Positions 61,771 to 64,000 of a stretch of DNA of 64,000 bases are shown here, piece by piece. This DNA is from Mobula hypostoma (taxonomy: Eukaryota): the NCBI RefSeq assembly GCF_963921235.1, contig NC_086106.1:34100001-34164000 (forward strand). The letters are read 5' to 3'. How positions within the stretch are numbered: the stretch's first letter is position 1; each line of letters opens with the position of its first letter. Below the pieces are notes generated by a model. The model was not told the DNA's origin, ran no database searches, and saw only the letters and a program-made list of their open reading frames with translations. The position numbers and the translations under genes were made by a program.

Positions 61771-62644
61771 CTTCTTACCGCTAGATTTTGTTTTCAATGT
61801 GTGCATTCATGTAATTTTGGAGTATCGGTAATGCTTTTATTTTGCCCATATTGAATATCACTGCCTATGCCCATCATGTGAATCCTGACTGTAACCAATA
61901 TCCAGAGTGAAGCTCAAAGCTTTCGATTCCAGGACATCTGATAAGCATGGTAGGACTGTTTCCAGTGCTACTTTCAGTAACATCGTGATAACAGTTTTCG
62001 TAAGGATCACATTATGCATTGTACCGCATTGTGATATGTACAATATATACCATATCTGTTGCTATTCCTGTTGCCCTGAACTGCTAATGGCCTGCCAAGG
62101 CATCTGTAGATCTCGTCTGTTAATTCCATAATTTCTCTGCATAAATTTTACGTTGGAATTATTTTAAAATACAACTTATTCTATAATGACCAACTTCTTC
62201 ATAATTCAGTGAAACGTTTAGTTCTCAACGTAGAAAATAAAAATGTTCTCAAGTGGAGAATGGAAATTGGAACTGAGATGTGTTACTCAAGATGATTATT
62301 AGAAATGATATGATTCTGCAATAACTCCTGCAGGAGTGCGCGAAATATTTTGGGAAGTGTCCGATAGAATACAGATGCCCTGACAGATTGTGGATAAGAA
62401 GAAATAAAAGGAACAATTAATATATTCGTTTCTAAAACACTACCCTGAAAGAGGGACTTAAATGGGACATCATGGTTACTTTACAGGAAAACTGAACATT
62501 CCAGAATGTTACCTTCGTGCATCAAACTCTATTTTGAAAAGTAATTATACGTGGAAAAATAAAACCAACTAACGGAGGAACACATTAAAACTCGACGTTC
62601 AGTAATTCCTAAGGATTACTTGCTCTATGTTTGTGAATATTAAG

Positions 62645-62953
62645 AAAGGCATCCGTTAGTCTTGCGAGACCATGAATCTGCGTCTGGAGAGTCTTCACTC
62701 TCCAGGGCGCAGGCCTGGGCAAGGTTGTATGGAAGACCAGCAGTTGCTCATGTTGCAAGTCTCCCCTCTCCACACCAACAATGTTGTCCAAGGGAAGGGC
62801 ATTAGGACCCATACAGCTTGGCACCAGTGTCGTCGCAGAGCAATGTGTGATTAAGTGCCTTGCTCAAGGACACAACACGTTGCCTCGGCTGGGGCTCGAA
62901 CTCACGACCTTCAGGTCGCCGGTTCAATGCCGTAACCACTTCGCCACGTGCCC
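62645..62953 (-). mobile_element. tRNA-derived SINE, full length
   Basis: Minus strand GGGCACGTGGCGAAGTGGTTA (A box), GTTCGAGCCC (B box), CORE-like GTGTCCTTGAGCAAGGCACTTAA, 3' part ending gcaagactaacggatgcc. Confidence 0.85.
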
Positions 62954-63734
62954 ACACTTGAATAATAAGAGAGGCAGCCTTCTGAACATGGGCTTTCTTT
63001 CAGAGTATGAAATTACAATGCAATACTGAAAGGGTCATCAAATTGTTTCACAGGGGAATCAGTTTCCAATCTGTTGCATGAAAATTTCCCTTTACCTTTT
63101 CTTATTATAAAGGACATATTTGCTGTCATTGACTTAGCACTGCTTTTGTAAAAGTCAATCCAATAACAATTGACAATGTGGAATCAAAAGGTTGGGAGAA
63201 AGTGAACCAAAGTTGTTATAGATTTGCCGGGGCAATGTTGCAACTGTTAAACATCCACTAGTTCACCTGTAATGACAGAACACCACCTGTGAATTAGAGA
63301 TTGTGGTAAAGAGAGAATCAGACGGAATGGTCAAAAGCGTGCATTAACACATAATCATTAGGACCTTTCTCAGTTGCAGGCATTTCTGGGGTATGCACAA
63401 TAGTCGAACCATTACATACATATGTAATAGCAATAATACAGGGATATGAATTATAAATGGGTTCATTTTTTGTACGTTTCCAATCAGCATCTGATCACTA
63501 TCTCTCAGATATAAAGGAGCTGTTGTATTTACCACTTCATCTGAATGTCGTGTCACTTGATGTAATGTGAACCTGGAGTTGTACTGTCTTTTCATATCAT
63601 TTCCATTCAATCATATTCAGGTTAATCTTAACCTAGAGTGAGCTTATCACCTTCCATACATGTTCTGAACAGAAGGGAACGAGTCTGCCAACATCAACCC
63701 TGACAATCCCCAGTGCATCTGAAAATACAGCATC

Positions 63735-64000
63735 AAGACGGATGTAAGATCAGTCTGCCTGGTATTGTCCCTGACCGTGTCCTGAGTTCTTGTGAGGTTC
63801 AACTGGTTGGCATACTTTCAAACTTTTTAAACATCTCCCTGCTCCAGGCTGTGGTTCCCTCCTGCTTTAAGAAGACACTATCATCCCAGTAACCCCCCTC
63901 TGCAAATAAACCTCCCCCCAAAAATGTATCAAGATATCGGACCTTAACAGCTGTTGCCCACACGGTCTGACATCTACCACCATGATGTTCTTCGAGTAGT
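63735..64000 (+). mobile_element. Rex1/Babar RT fragment (continues past window)
   Basis: PGIVPDRVLSSCEVQLVGILSNFLNISLLQAVVPSCFKKT. Confidence 0.7.

Larger units (their letters stand above)
58400..62640. promoter_or_regulatory. Second CpG-non-depleted, AT-rich block
   Basis: About 20 CpG in 60301-60960 by hand; the intervening 55441-56000 has only about 4. Confidence 0.5.

Noticed and set aside
1-64000. CRISPR arrays, rRNA, bona fide tRNA genes, known miRNA seeds, prokaryotic operons
   Set aside because: None seen; tRNA-like boxes occur only as SINE heads, and the DNA is eukaryotic repeat-rich sequence.

Overview
Repeat-dense vertebrate genomic DNA, most likely a cartilaginous fish (ray/shark-type CR1, V-SINE and Penelope-derived repeats; this is an inference from repeat content). 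I find no recognisable host protein-coding exon, RNA gene or CRISPR array; every long ORF that I can recognise belongs to a decayed retroelement. Contents: more than 20 CR1 LINE pieces (largest 12.9-15.0, 21.0-24.1 and 39.0-42.3 kb); a full-length decayed Rex1/Babar LINE (25.6-29.1 kb); a Gmr1-type Ty3/Gypsy LTR element with integrase upstream of RT (33.7-38.5 kb) nested in a CR1; an RTE LINE (45.4-47.5 kb); a HERO-like REL-endonuclease 3' fragment; an I/Nimb-like 3' fragment; a solo LTR with a perfect 4-bp TSD; Penelope-like fragments that carry minimal hammerhead-ribozyme motifs; tRNA-derived SINEs; microsatellites; and a 221-N assembly gap. The strongest signal not explained by repeats is a roughly tenfold rise in CpG density at unchanged AT-rich composition, in blocks at about 44.1-53.2 kb and 58.4-62.6 kb. 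It looks like a long-standing germline-hypomethylated domain containing homeodomain-site-rich non-coding DNA, probably the regulatory landscape of a gene outside the window. I cannot support a genuinely new biological system here; the leads below are ranked accordingly. Repeat boundaries are approximate and all counts were made by eye.
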